Part shown: in pieces, positions 1 to 11,542 of the stretch
How positions within the stretch are numbered: position 1 is the stretch's first letter
Layout of the letters: every line of letters starts with the position of its first letter
From: Deltaproteobacteria bacterium
GTDB taxonomy: Bacteria; JAGRBM01; JAHCIT01
DNA: 64,000 nucleotides
Assembly (NCBI GenBank): GCA_026129095.1
Contig: JAHCIT010000002.1
Coordinates: 124,001-188,000, forward strand
Reading direction: 5' to 3'
The notes under the pieces: generated by a model
What the model was told of the DNA's origin: nothing
Databases searched by the model: none
What the model saw: only the letters and a program-made list of their open reading frames with translations
Translations under genes and position numbers: made by a program

Positions 1-372
1 CGAGTTATCCCGGATCAGGCTGGCGTGATAGCGGATATCGACGATCGTAACGGCCCGCTCGGCCATCGACTGGAGATGCAGCCGCCCGCCCACCTGCTGC
101 AGGACGCCGAGCGCTTCGAGCCGGGTGGCGAGCGATACAAGGTCGATCGGGGACTTGTCCCTTTCGAGCTGCCGCATCGCCTCGAATATCTGCCGGTTGA
201 AGGTTGAGTAGAAATCGCCGGGTTCCAGGAAATCGATCTGGTCGAGCGCGGCATTGTCGAGCAGCACCGCACCCAGCACCGCTTCCTCGGCCTCGGGATT
301 CGCCGGGGCCTGCAACGGAGCACCCGCCTCCCGAGCACCCTGACGATTGGTAACCAGTCTCAGTTCGTCCAT
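1..372 (-). CDS. dnaB: Replicative DNA helicase DnaB, N-terminal part (runs off window)
   Basis: Manual translation from ATG 372: MDELRL...PANPEAEEAVLGAVLLDN...DFYSTFNRQIFEAM...PIDLVSL, typical DnaB N-domain; follows rplI. Confidence 0.93.
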   Translation of the reverse strand, partial: MDELRLVTNRQGAREAGAPLQAPANPEAEEAVLGAVLLDNAALDQIDFLEPGDFYSTFNRQIFEAMRQLERDKSPIDLVSLATRLEALGVLQQVGGRLHLQSMAERAVTIVDIRYHASLIRDNS

Positions 373-595
373 GACAATTCCTGCTGATCCCTGTTTGAAC
401 GGGTATCCGTCTGCTGCCCGCTGACGAGAGCCCTGCTTATACTCCAACTGTCCGGATGCGGTTGCAGACAAGGTTGTGGATGGGGTGTGAGCAAGCAGAT
501 TTTTTCACGGAATAACTCCCGGAAAACCCCACCTGCCATCAGGTTACACCAGGCATATGTCAGGGCGTGACATACGTATAACGCACATAAACGCG

Positions 596-618
596 AAAAG
601 GCGGCCTTATGGCCGCCT
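596..618 (-). terminator. Intrinsic terminator after rplI
   Basis: AGGCGGCC-ttat-GGCCGCCT hairpin followed by TTTT on minus strand. Confidence 0.7.
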
Positions 619-644
619 CTCCATCCGTAAATCCGGTTTCCGGC

Positions 645-1106
645 TCAGGCGTCCGGAGTTTCTTCCGGCGCCACCGTGACGAGAATTTCGACCGAAAGTT
701 CGTGGTGGACCCTCACTGGCACCCGGAAATCGCCGAGCTGCTTGATCGGCGAGGCGACCTTGATGTCGCGGCGGTCAATGACGGCAAAGCCCTTCTTGTG
801 AACCGCTTCGGCAATATCGGCAGCGCCGACCGAACCGAACAGCTTGCCGCCCTCGCCGGCCTTGGCGCGGATTTCGACATGCAAATCCTTGAGTTGCTTG
901 GCGAGCAGTTCCGCCGAGGCCCGGACCTTGCGAGCCTTGTCCTCCGCGACCTTCAGTTCGTGCTTCATCTGGGCGACCTTGCCTTCGTCGGCCACCACGG
1001 CGAGACCCCGCGGTATGAGGAAGTTACGGGCATAACCCGGCCGTACATCCACGACCTTGCCGATCTGGCCCAACGTTTCGATGTTGTCTTTCAGAATCAC
1101 TCGCAT
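645..1106 (-). CDS. rplI: 50S ribosomal protein L9
   Basis: MRVILKDNIETLG...VRPGYARNFLIPRGLA; GKLFGSV. Confidence 0.98.
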   Translation of the reverse strand: MRVILKDNIETLGQIGKVVDVRPGYARNFLIPRGLAVVADEGKVAQMKHELKVAEDKARKVRASAELLAKQLKDLHVEIRAKAGEGGKLFGSVGAADIAEAVHKKGFAVIDRRDIKVASPIKQLGDFRVPVRVHHELSVEILVTVAPEETPDA

Positions 1107-1228
1107 GAGTACTGCTCTCCACCCTAAAACCGCCCGGCTCCGCAGACAGCGGCCACCAAACGGAAGGCGGACCTTGTAGCTGCCGCCGGGTCCGGCGTCA
1201 AATCTATTGTAATATCAACTGGTTATTC

Positions 1229-2137
1229 TCACTCTTGGCCGGTCTTGGAACGGCCACCGGACAGCCTTTTCCGGTAGTCGGCCCACAGGTCCGTTACCCC
1301 CACTCCCAGGACCACCGGAAAGAGGGTTACCAGGACCAGCCATGACAGCCAGCCGGGAATTCGGACCGACCGGAAGAAAACGGCCACGACCACCATCCCC
1401 TGCGCGACATATAACACTGCAAATCCATAGAGAAACCCCAGTGCGACGTAATACTCCTGCCAGTAGCCGTCCAGCAGCCCCAGCACGCCGGTAACGGCGG
1501 CCAGCAGCAGTGCCGGAACCATCAGCCAATCCGGCCACCGAAAGGCGCGGAGCGTTTCCTCTGACCAGACGCCGCTGTACCGGGCGAACTGGGCCATGTA
1601 GGTAACCTGCCATGCGGCACATCCGGACATGAACAGTCCCGGCATGAGCAGCGTCCGGACATGAAGCTGGTCCCCCTGCTGAAGGCGGAACTCCCGCGCC
1701 TGGTCTTCGGTGAGAGTTCCCTGGAGCATCTGGAACCGGATTGCTTCCTCGATGGCGGACTCCAGTATCTGCCGGAGTGCCGGGTAGAATTCATCGCCCG
1801 CTTTCAGCGCAAAGGCCGCGACCAGTACACCAGCCGGCAAAATCGTAATGGCGAGTGTCCTGCATGCGAACGGGACGAGAAGCCGGCCTGTCCGGGCCTG
1901 TTCCCCCGCCATGACGCCGAAGAGGAATACGGTTCCGGCGGCCATCATGCCGCCAATTTCTCTCAGATCACCCGGAAACAGAAGGCCACCGGCCAGCCCG
2001 CTGGCGACGGCCGCTATCGACAGGAACAGGTAGCCGGCCTCACGGGGACGGCGCTGCACGCCCAGCGCACCAATCACCGGCAGCGCCACCAGCGCGATCA
2101 TGTGCAGGATGAACAGCAGGAATCCGGCCGCGAACAT
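1229..2137 (-). CDS. DUF2232/YybS-family membrane protein
   Basis: Multi-TM protein between rpsR and rplI, C-terminal GVTDLWADYRKR; GGAGG RBS before ATG 2137. Confidence 0.8.
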   Translation of the reverse strand: MFAAGFLLFILHMIALVALPVIGALGVQRRPREAGYLFLSIAAVASGLAGGLLFPGDLREIGGMMAAGTVFLFGVMAGEQARTGRLLVPFACRTLAITILPAGVLVAAFALKAGDEFYPALRQILESAIEEAIRFQMLQGTLTEDQAREFRLQQGDQLHVRTLLMPGLFMSGCAAWQVTYMAQFARYSGVWSEETLRAFRWPDWLMVPALLLAAVTGVLGLLDGYWQEYYVALGFLYGFAVLYVAQGMVVVAVFFRSVRIPGWLSWLVLVTLFPVVLGVGVTDLWADYRKRLSGGRSKTGQE

Positions 2138-2150
2138 CAAAGCCGCCTCC

Positions 2151-2190
2151 AAACACAAAACCGGCGGCTTTCACAATGGAAAACCGCCGG
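2151..2190 (-). terminator. Terminator/attenuator hairpin after rpsR
   Basis: Minus strand CCGGCGGTTTT...AAAGCCGCCGG followed by TTTTGTGTTT. Confidence 0.7.
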
Positions 2191-2216
2191 TCGCAGCGGA
2201 CAAACCCGGCCAGCCG

Positions 2217-2606
2217 TCAGCGCCGGTTGGCCTCACCCACGGGGAGCAGTGCCATGTTCCGGCCCCGCTCGATAGCCACCTTGAGCTGCCGCTGATGCTT
2301 CGAGCAGGTGCCCGAAATGCGGCGCGGGACGATCTTTCCACGCTCACCCACGTAGTTACGCGTCGCGCGAATGTCCTTCCAGTCGATGTACCGGGTCTTG
2401 TCCACGCAGAACCGGCACACCTTCCGGCGGCCGAACCCGCGGCGGCCGCCCTTCTTTCCACCCCGTTCTCCACGGTCCCCTCGGTCTCCTCGGTCTCCTC
2501 GGTCTCCACGATCGCCGCGATCCCCACCACGATCCCCACGGGGAGCCCTCTCACCACGCGGAGCGCGTCCTTCACCATCACCCTGTTTCATCTCTTCTTC
2601 AGACAT
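2217..2606 (-). CDS. rpsR: 30S ribosomal protein S18 with GDR-repeat N-terminal extension
   Basis: RRKVCRFC...IDWKD...[19 protein letters not shown]. Confidence 0.97.
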   Translation of the reverse strand: MSEEEMKQGDGEGRAPRGERAPRGDRGGDRGDRGDRGDRGDRGDRGERGGKKGGRRGFGRRKVCRFCVDKTRYIDWKDIRATRNYVGERGKIVPRRISGTCSKHQRQLKVAIERGRNMALLPVGEANRR

Positions 2607-2674
2607 GGATCAAAACCTCATTCAGACAAAGTCCCCTTGAGTCCGGGGAGCAGATAGTTATTGTCAGACCCGGG

Positions 2675-3151
2675 CTATTCGGCGGCTGATACCTCGTCAC
2701 CGCCATCGCTATCGGCACGTTCGGCACGTTCGTTGCGTTCGTTGCGTTCGCCACGGTCCTCCCGGTCGCCCTCATCGAACGCCTCGCGCCCGGCTGCGCG
2801 CTCCTTTTCGGCTTCAGCACGCGCCTTGGCCCTGCGCTCCAGTTCGGCGAAATCGGGCCGTTCTTCGGGCCGGATGATGATGTGCCGCCAGGCGTCGTCG
2901 GTGATCTTGAACGTGCGGTCCAGCTCGGTCACGCAGGCCGGCTCGGCTTCGAAATAGAAGACCGTGTAGTGGCCGCGCCAGTTCTTGTTGATCCGGAAGG
3001 TCAGGCGGCGGCTGCCCCAGTCCTCCGAGTGAACAATGGAACTGCCGAACTTCTTGAGGACTGATTCGATCCGCTCGCGCAAGGGAGCCCTCGCCGCCTC
3101 GTTCTGGTCGGGCGGCGAAATGAGCATGCACTCATAGATATGCTTCGCCAT
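2675..3151 (-). CDS. rpsF: 30S ribosomal protein S6 with charged C-terminal tail
   Basis: YECMLI...DWGSRRLTFRINK..GHY; AAAGGAG RBS before ATG 3151. Confidence 0.96.
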   Translation of the reverse strand: MAKHIYECMLISPPDQNEAARAPLRERIESVLKKFGSSIVHSEDWGSRRLTFRINKNWRGHYTVFYFEAEPACVTELDRTFKITDDAWRHIIIRPEERPDFAELERRAKARAEAEKERAAGREAFDEGDREDRGERNERNERAERADSDGGDEVSAAE

Positions 3152-3159
3152 TCGTCTGT

Positions 3160-3270
3160 GTCTCCTTTCGGTCACCGTCCGGAAAAGTCTGGGCCGGACG
3201 GCGTCCCCCGGGATCGCGCCTGGGCCGCCAAATGGCGGGCGGCCACTGAAAGGCCCCGGGGGCAAGGCGG
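3160..3270 (-). promoter_or_regulatory. Probable S6:S18 ribosomal protein leader RNA
   Basis: Minus strand CCTTGC...nested hairpins...GACCG-AAAGGAG: anti-SD pairing plus CCG motif just before the SD, as in described rpsF leaders. Confidence 0.6.
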
Positions 3271-3346
3271 CCGGTCCATAGTTGTTCCAGCCACAAAGCG
3301 CAAGGCTGGTAAAGCAACGCTGGCGAAACCTGTTAATCCGCTGTGA

Positions 3347-3745
3347 TTACTGGCGTTTTTCCGTTCGGCGCCCGATCTTGTAGCTGACGAGCCGGCAGCC
3401 GGGACGACCGCCCTCCATCAGATCCGGGCTGGCATAGCCGATCGTCGAATAGCGAAGCATGATGAGCCGGGCATCTTCGAGGATATCGCAGTTCTTTTCC
3501 GTAAGTTCCGGCCAGGCGGGATCGCTCGACAGGACGAATTCTGCCGTGCAGCGGTCGCCGATCAGGGCTTTTGACACCCGGCGGACCTGTCCAACCGTGC
3601 GGTTCGCCTCGCTGGTAATACGCATTTCCTTTTTCACGGCCCGGCAGGCATCGCCCTCCAGCGTCACTCTCCGCACGTATCCGGTCCGGCTGCACCCATG
3701 CACCAGTGTCATTACCGCTAACAGCAGTGGCAGTCTCCGTCCCAT
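3347..3745 (-). CDS. Hypothetical Cys-containing lipoprotein
   Basis: MGRRLPLLLAVMTLVHGC lipobox-like signal; fills gap between rpsF leader and mrp. Confidence 0.6.
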   Translation of the reverse strand: MGRRLPLLLAVMTLVHGCSRTGYVRRVTLEGDACRAVKKEMRITSEANRTVGQVRRVSKALIGDRCTAEFVLSSDPAWPELTEKNCDILEDARLIMLRYSTIGYASPDLMEGGRPGCRLVSYKIGRRTEKRQ

Positions 3746-3858
3746 GACCGGGAGACAGGATACCCCTTTGCCGCCCCGGAGGGAACCGGCCATCAGGGTT
3801 GACTGACGCGCCTCCGGTGGCCAATTGAGATGCGGCCTTAAGGCCCGGAAGGAACACC

Positions 3859-4940
<1,082 letters not shown>

Positions 4941-4944
<4 letters not shown>

Positions 4945-6911
4945 CGGGCTGACTGCTCTCCCGGGTGGAAATATTCATAGACGGCCCTGGCCAGGGTGGC
5001 CGGGACACCTTCAACTGCCTTCAGGTCTTCAACCGAGGCCTTCCTGATGCCGTCAATGGAGCCAAAAGCCTTAAGCAGTCTCAGCCGCCGCGAAGGGCCG
5101 ACGCCGGGTATCCGGTCCAGCTCGGAACGGAACCGGAGTTTTTCACGCAGTTTGCGCTGATACTGGATTGCAAAGCGGTGCGATTCGTCCCGCAAATGAA
5201 CGAGCAGCCGGTATTCGCCGGAATGGGGATCAAGCGGTCGCGGTTCCGCGTCCCCCGGCCGGAACACCCTTTCATCCGAACGATCGATGGAACGGTCAGG
5301 AGACTGGCCCGATGACAGTCTTCCTCTCTCCAGTACGCGAGACTTGGCAAGTGCCGCGAGATCCGGAGCATCCGGCCGCGAACTGATGCCAAGCGCCCCG
5401 GCCGCACGCACCAGTTCTGCGAGCTGCCCCTTGCCGCCATCGACGATCATGAGGTCGGGAAGCCTCCACTCGTCATCGGGATTTGCACCGGCACCCGGCA
5501 CCCTGGCAAGACGGCGTGCCAGCACCTCGCGCATGGCACCATAGTCATCGCCGCCCTCCGCCGTGCGGATCTGGTATTTACGGTAAAGACGGCGCACGGG
5601 TTTTCCCATGTGGAACACGACCCGGCTCGCCGCCGTCGAATCGCCACCCAAATGTGAAATGTCGTAACACTCTATCCATTCGGGCAAACGGCTGAGGGCC
5701 AGAAGCTGGCGGAGCCGTTCGAGCATCTCGCGGATCTTTTCGTCCTCGGCACGGCGTCGCTCCAGCGCCTCACGGGCATTGCGGTTCGCCAGTTCGACCA
5801 GTTTCGCCCTTTCCCCCCGCTGGGGCACGATTACCTCAACCGGACCGCCGCGCTGCCGGGCAGCCACGCGGGAGATGGCATCCGCGCCTTCGACCTCGAA
5901 AGGGAGGAGTATTTCCTCCGGCGCGTAGCTTTCCGAACCGTAGTAGCGGGCCAGAAACTGCTCCAGCACCTCCTCCGGTGCAAAACCGTGCATCTCCACC
6001 GGAAGCGACCGCGTCTCCATGAGCGAACCGCCCCGCACAAACGCCATCTGGATCATGCCGCTGGGACCATCCCGGTAAAATCCGGCAACGTCCCTGTCCA
6101 CCAGATCCATCGACACGACCGGGTGCTTTTCTATCGTCTCCTCGATGGAACGGATCTGGTCCCGGAGTTTCGCTGCCTTCTCGTAATCTGTCGCCTCGGC
6201 CGCCCGGTCCATCTCGGCACGCAGACCATCCAGCACGGTACGTCCCCGCCCCGAAAGAACCAGATTCACCGACTTAACCCGCCGGGCGTAGTCTTCCGGA
6301 CTGATCAGCTCCACACAGGGAGCCGTGCAGCGGCCGATGTCATGCTCAATGCATGGCCGGGTGCGCCGTTCCAGTTCCGAATCGCTGCATGTCCTGAGCC
6401 CGAATGACCGCTGGAGAACGTCGAGTGCCTCGCGGGCCACTGCCGCCGATCCATAGGGCCCGAAATACTTCGCCCCGTCCCGAACCGGACGCCGCATCGG
6501 CACGGCACGAGGCCAGGGATGCTGCATATCCATCCGGATCACCAGATGGCTCTTATCGTCCTTGAGTTCGATGTTGTACCGGGGCCTGTGCTTCTTGATC
6601 AGCGTGTTTTCGAGAAAGATCGCCTCGTCCTCGGTCCGGGTTACAACGGTATCGATCCTGCGTATCTTCGGAACCAGAAACCGGACCTGGAATCGTCCGT
6701 CGTCCGACCGCTGGAAATAGGTCCGGACCCGATTCCGGAGCACCTTCGCCTTGCCGATATACAGGATCACTCCATGCTCATCACGAAACAGGTATACGCC
6801 GGGCTCCTTCGGCAGCTTGGATGCCTCGGCGAGCAGCCGGTCGCGCGCATCGGCAGAAGCATCCGGAACGGATGTGTGCGTTTCCGTCTGATCTCGATCC
6901 GAAGGGCTCAC
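4941..6911 (-). CDS. uvrC: Excinuclease ABC subunit C
   Basis: PGVYLF..YIGKAKVLRNRV GIY-YIG, ECYDISH, DGGKGQ, LRDESHRFA, HhH tail. Confidence 0.97.
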
Positions 6912-6932
6912 AGGGCCATCATAGCCGGGAAA

Positions 6933-7679
6933 TCAGGCCCGGATAACGGCAAGCACATCGCCTTCTGTGCTCTCCGCAGCTCCTGACTCAACAAGCCGCC
7001 GGGCCAGCATACGGCCCGATTCTCCCGAGGCGATTACGGCGATATCCCGTGCCGGAGAGAACCGCCCAACCAGGGTGACAAACCCTTCCAGGTCCGCCTG
7101 CACGAGCACCGCTGTTTGCTTCTCGCCGATGACAAGCAGGGGATAGCGACCGATCTGCTCTTCAAGCCCCAGCAAGGTAAGCTCCTGTTCCCTCTGGAGA
7201 TCAAGGACGGAGGACAGCGCCGGCCGGGCCCTCCACCATTGACGGAGGAAGCTTGCCGTTGCGGCCGAGGCAAGTCCGGCGAGCCCGTGCGGGATATAGC
7301 GGTCGAACAGCTCATCCCAGCCCATGAACAGGAGCGGCAGCGGAAAGAGCACCAGCGCGGCAATCCAGACCTGTGCGACATTCCACAGCAGCTGGAACTG
7401 CGATTCCCTCAGATCACCAGCCATTTCGGCCGTCTGCGCCAGCTGGATCCTGGTTGCCTGGAAATCCGCCTTCCACGCAGAGAGATCCGCCTCCGTCACA
7501 AGAGCGTCCAGCTCGCGCTCCAGTGCACCAACGGAAGTCGCCTCAAGTGCCCATGTGTTCCCCTTGGCAGAGATTCCCTCTCCCCGGATCCGGCGGATCA
7601 GCGTCAGGTTGCTGCCCAGTTCCACCGACCGGGCCTCGACTGCAACAGATTCATCCGCCAGTTCAATCGCTATCCGCAC
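6933..7679 (-). CDS. Hypothetical membrane protein (about 2 TM)
   Basis: Co-oriented ORF filling gap between yjbQ and uvrC, central hydrophobic segments. Confidence 0.6.
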   Translation of the reverse strand: MRIAIELADESVAVEARSVELGSNLTLIRRIRGEGISAKGNTWALEATSVGALERELDALVTEADLSAWKADFQATRIQLAQTAEMAGDLRESQFQLLWNVAQVWIAALVLFPLPLLFMGWDELFDRYIPHGLAGLASAATASFLRQWWRARPALSSVLDLQREQELTLLGLEEQIGRYPLLVIGEKQTAVLVQADLEGFVTLVGRFSPARDIAVIASGESGRMLARRLVESGAAESTEGDVLAVIRA

Positions 7680-7694
7680 GCTCCGGGTTTCCCC

Positions 7695-8108
7695 TCACTC
7701 GCCCATGACCTTGACGATCACACGCTTTTTGCGCTGTCCATCAAACTCGGCGTAGTAAATCTGCTGCCAGGGTCCGAAATCGAGGTGGCCTTTGGTGATG
7801 GGGCATATCACCTGGTGATGGACAATCATGCTCTTGAGGTGTGCGTCAGCGTTATCCTCGCCTGTCTGGTGGTGATGGTAGTTAGGGCGGGCCGGGGCGA
7901 GCTGTTCGAGCCACGCGTCGATATCACGGATCAGGCCCGACTCGGCGTCGTTCACATACACACCGGCCGTGATGTGCATCGCTGACACCAGTACCATCCC
8001 CTCCTGGATGCCGCTTTTCGTGACGGCGGCCTGGACTTCATCGGTAATCAGCACATAGTCCCGCCGCTTTTTTGTCGTAAACCAGAGATATTCGGTATGA
8101 AATTTCAT
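7695..8108 (-). CDS. yjbQ: YjbQ/UPF0047 family protein
   Basis: [10 protein letters not shown]...[11 protein letters not shown]...[13 protein letters not shown]. Confidence 0.93.
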   Translation of the reverse strand: MKFHTEYLWFTTKKRRDYVLITDEVQAAVTKSGIQEGMVLVSAMHITAGVYVNDAESGLIRDIDAWLEQLAPARPNYHHHQTGEDNADAHLKSMIVHHQVICPITKGHLDFGPWQQIYYAEFDGQRKKRVIVKVMGE

Positions 8109-8110
8109 GA

Positions 8111-9226
8111 TCAGTAACGCTCATTTTCCTCGCCGGGTTCCCGTTGCCCTGTCACCACACGGTTACGACCGGCATCCTTGGCAGCGTACATCGCCTTGTC
8201 AGCGACTTTCAGGAAAACGTCCTTGTTCTGTTCCGGGGTATACCGTTTCCGCACATGGTCGTGAAAGCTGGCCACGCCCATCGAGCAGGTGATGATGTTC
8301 GCGATCCTGAGCGGCGGGCCATAAGGTCCCTCGGATGCCAGAAACACGTTCTTCTCAATGGTTTCCCGGAGACGCTCGCAGGCGGCCACCACATCTGCCA
8401 GTTCCTGCTGCGCGAAGATCATGACAAATTCATCACCGCCGTACCGCGCCAGTACAGCCCCCGGCATGGCCAGGGTGTGCCGCATGAGGTAGCCGATCTC
8501 CTTCAGGACCATTGATCCGGCCATATGGCCATGCGTGTCGTTCACCTCCTTGAAATGGTCCAGATCCATGAATACCAGGCAGAGGGGCTGGCCCGTACTG
8601 GTGGCATCGATGATGTCGCGGGTCAGCTGGCCATGGAAAAACCGGTCATTGTAAAGACCCGTCAACGGATCCCGGTGCGCCATGTCGCGGAGTTTTTCAG
8701 CATCCAGGGCATTCATGAGCACCGATGCCATGTAGTCCGCAAAGATTGCGATGAGCTTCAGTTCCCGTTCGGTAAATGGCGCTTCTCCGGGCCGCTTCCG
8801 GAGAATCAGCGCACCACAGACGGATTTTTCTATCGCCACCGGCACACCGATCACGGCAGCCTGTGTCGCCTCATCAACACCAAGGAAGGGAACTGTCTCG
8901 AGATAAATCTTGCCGGGGATACCGGTATACGCGGGCTCGGACGATCCCGGCAGCGTAAGGTAGGCGCCGACACCAATGGATGCGATCACCACGAGATCGT
9001 TTTCACGCCGGTCCGACTGCTTGGTGATCGGATTATCCAGATAGAGGGCCGCACTCACGCAAGGAACGAATGCCACCGCCCGTGACAGGACATCCTCCAG
9101 CACCGAATCGACTGGCACTTCAGGCGGGATATCCATGGTCCGGCGGCTCCGGTCCAGAAACACCCGGAGCTTGATCCGCGGGAGCGCCCCGACCGTATAG
9201 CCGTCAGCTCTCCGAGTGATCGGCAT
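8111..9226 (-). CDS. GAF-GGDEF diguanylate cyclase
   Basis: [47 protein letters not shown]-terminal GAF-like region. Confidence 0.93.
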   Translation of the reverse strand: MPITRRADGYTVGALPRIKLRVFLDRSRRTMDIPPEVPVDSVLEDVLSRAVAFVPCVSAALYLDNPITKQSDRRENDLVVIASIGVGAYLTLPGSSEPAYTGIPGKIYLETVPFLGVDEATQAAVIGVPVAIEKSVCGALILRKRPGEAPFTERELKLIAIFADYMASVLMNALDAEKLRDMAHRDPLTGLYNDRFFHGQLTRDIIDATSTGQPLCLVFMDLDHFKEVNDTHGHMAGSMVLKEIGYLMRHTLAMPGAVLARYGGDEFVMIFAQQELADVVAACERLRETIEKNVFLASEGPYGPPLRIANIITCSMGVASFHDHVRKRYTPEQNKDVFLKVADKAMYAAKDAGRNRVVTGQREPGEENERY

Positions 9227-9256
9227 CGCCCGCTCCCTCAGCCTTCAGAAAGAGCC

Positions 9257-9601
9257 TCAGTTCACCGTGCCGTCGGCCTTGACCATCGGAATCGGTGTCG
9301 TATTGAGTACATCGGCTTCAATCTTTCCGAAACGGGATTCGTAACGGGACACAGATTCGCCGAGAGCCTTCAGGAACCGCTTGGCCTGCCGTGGATTGAC
9401 AATCACCCGGCTCCGGACCGTTGCCGAATTGATTCCCTCTGCGCCGGGCGCCTGCGGTTGCATGAAGCAGAAATCGAACACAAATTCGTTCTCGGCTGCG
9501 TTCACGAGTGTCAGGTTGGCATAAACGCCATTGATCAGTTCATTCGGACAGTGAATCTGCAGGCGGATTCCATCACCCTGCTTCGCCGGTGAATCAGTCA
9601 T
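9257..9601 (-). CDS. DUF3467 family protein
   Basis: GVYAN...EFVFDF...RSRVIVNPRQAKRFLKAL...YESRFGKI. Confidence 0.85.
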   Translation of the reverse strand: MTDSPAKQGDGIRLQIHCPNELINGVYANLTLVNAAENEFVFDFCFMQPQAPGAEGINSATVRSRVIVNPRQAKRFLKALGESVSRYESRFGKIEADVLNTTPIPMVKADGTVN

Positions 9602-9687
9602 CTGGTTACCTTCCTTGGCTTCCCTCAATAGAGCCCTACCAACCTAACGAACCCCTGCACCGCCGGGCAAATAGACGCGGTCCAGGC

Positions 9688-10638
9688 CTATTGCCCCTCT
9701 GGTTCCACATGGACCGTCACGTCACGCACGCCGTGACAACGATCCCGAATGGAGTCCGTCACCTGATGGCTGAGTACGTGCGCCTCGGCAATCGTGAGGG
9801 CAGGAGATACCTGGATACTGAGGTCCACAAATATCTTTCCGGGGATTCCACGTGAACGGATATCGCTGCAACCGAGGATGCCCGGTACAGCAGCAGCAGC
9901 TTCATGCACCTTCTCCGGATCCAGCAGGGCCCGGTCTGCAAGATAGTCAGCATTGGTCTTGATGATCCGGATCCCCACCCAGAATATCCAGCCGGCCACA
10001 AAGAGGCCCACGGCCGGATCGGCCCATGTGATTCCGGCATAGCCAAGACCTATCGACCCGATCACCCCCAGGGTTACGGCAAGGTCACTCGCCGTGTGGG
10101 CGGAGTCCGACAGGAGAAACGGGCTCTGCAGTTCCCGGCCCCGGAGCCGCTCATACCACGCCACGAACAGGTTGACGGCGAAGGTGCCGGCCATGACCGC
10201 TATCACCGCCCCGGAGGGATCGGGCGGCTTGAGATCGCCAGTCAGGCGCCCGTAGACTTCGTAAGTGACAGAAGCGGCCGTTGCGAGAAGAAACAGCCCC
10301 ACACCGGCGGATGCGACCACTTCCAGCTTCTCATGCCCGTAGGGATGCTCCTCATCCGGCGGGCGGGAGGCCAGATAGATGCTTACAAGTCCGATGATGT
10401 TGGAGAGTCCATCGGCCAGCGAGTGCAGTCCGTCCGCATAGACGGCCACGAGACCAGTCCAGTAGCCATACGCAATCTTCAGCCCTGAAACGAGGAGATT
10501 GAGTGCCAGCGTCATCCACAGCACATAAGCGACCTGCCGACGAACCCCCGCCGGACGGTCATTCGGAACCTCGCTGGGTTTCACGGAAAGCACGATAGGT
10601 ATCCACCGGTAATGTCCCGGCAGGATAGAACCGGTCAA
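9688..10638 (-). CDS. Cation diffusion facilitator (FieF-like); true start may be near 10584
   Basis: ADGLHSLAD, PPDEEHPYGHEKLE, DSAHTASD, VHVEP. Confidence 0.93.
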   Translation of the reverse strand: MTGSILPGHYRWIPIVLSVKPSEVPNDRPAGVRRQVAYVLWMTLALNLLVSGLKIAYGYWTGLVAVYADGLHSLADGLSNIIGLVSIYLASRPPDEEHPYGHEKLEVVASAGVGLFLLATAASVTYEVYGRLTGDLKPPDPSGAVIAVMAGTFAVNLFVAWYERLRGRELQSPFLLSDSAHTASDLAVTLGVIGSIGLGYAGITWADPAVGLFVAGWIFWVGIRIIKTNADYLADRALLDPEKVHEAAAAVPGILGCSDIRSRGIPGKIFVDLSIQVSPALTIAEAHVLSHQVTDSIRDRCHGVRDVTVHVEPEGQ

Positions 10639-10656
10639 GCCCCGCGAGCCCCCGTC

Positions 10657-10684
10657 TTGACGCTCCGACCATGGACGCTATAAG
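10657..10684 (+). promoter_or_regulatory. Possible sigma70 promoter for yebC
   Basis: TTGACG-16 nt-TATAAG about 90 nt upstream of start. Confidence 0.4.
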
Positions 10685-10774
10685 AGGCGGGCTTGCCTTC
10701 GGGGATGCCGCACGGCAGCTCCCGGGGGCGCCCGCTGAATATACAGAAAAAGCCCGTTATATCGGGAGGTTGCC

Positions 10775-11524
10775 ATGTCCGGTCACAATAAATGGAGCAA
10801 GATCAAGCACAAGAAAGGCGCCGCTGACGCCAAAAAGGGCAAGATCTACACAAAGCTCATCAAGGAACTCACCATCGCCGCCAAGCTCGGCGGAGGCGAT
10901 CCTGATGGAAATCCGCGCCTCCGGACCGCCATCGCGGCTGCTCGTGCCGAGAACATGCCGAACGACAACGTCGACCGCGCCATCAAGAAGGGCACTGGCG
11001 AACTGGAGGGGGTCTCCTACGAGGAGTTCACCCTGGAAGGCTATGGTCCGAACGGGGTTGGCATCATGCTCGACATCCTGACCGACAACCGCAACCGCGC
11101 AGTGGCCGAAGTCCGCTCAACTCTCACGAAGAACGGCGGCAACATGGGTGCCGATGGATCAGTCTCCTGGAATTTCGAGAAAAAGGGCATGTTCATCATC
11201 GAGAAGGGCGGCCTCACCGAAGACAAGATCATGGAGGCCGCCATTGATGCCGGCCTGGAAGACATTTCCGACGACGGGGACTCTTTCACGCTGACCTGTC
11301 CGCCGGAAGCATTCGCCGACGTGAAAGACGCGCTCGACAAGCTGAACGTCAAATACATCAGCGCCGAGGTGGCTCGCGTGGGCAAGACCACCGTCGATCT
11401 CAAGGGTGGAGACGTTGGCAAGATGGTTAAGCTCCTCGAAAAGATCGAGGATATCGACGACGTCCAGAAGGTCCACCACAATGCGGACATGGACGAAGCA
11501 GAGCTGGAAAAGCTGGCGAGCTAA
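10775..11524 (+). CDS. yebC: YebC/PmpR family protein
   Basis: MSGHNKWSKIKHKK...NPRLR...EGYGPNG...TDNRNR. Confidence 0.97.
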   Translation: MSGHNKWSKIKHKKGAADAKKGKIYTKLIKELTIAAKLGGGDPDGNPRLRTAIAAARAENMPNDNVDRAIKKGTGELEGVSYEEFTLEGYGPNGVGIMLDILTDNRNRAVAEVRSTLTKNGGNMGADGSVSWNFEKKGMFIIEKGGLTEDKIMEAAIDAGLEDISDDGDSFTLTCPPEAFADVKDALDKLNVKYISAEVARVGKTTVDLKGGDVGKMVKLLEKIEDIDDVQKVHHNADMDEAELEKLAS

Positions 11525-11542
11525 CGTCCCCTTACTGCACGG

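Noticed and set aside
15-338. 107-aa ORF in track
   Set aside because: Wrong frame; the real gene is dnaB (372 to window edge).
470-500. TGTGGAT near dnaB as DnaA box/oriC
   Set aside because: Single partial match, no cluster of boxes or unwinding element.
2460-2545. 9-nt tandem repeats as possible CRISPR/VNTR
   Set aside because: In-frame coding repeats of S18 with no spacers and no cas genes.
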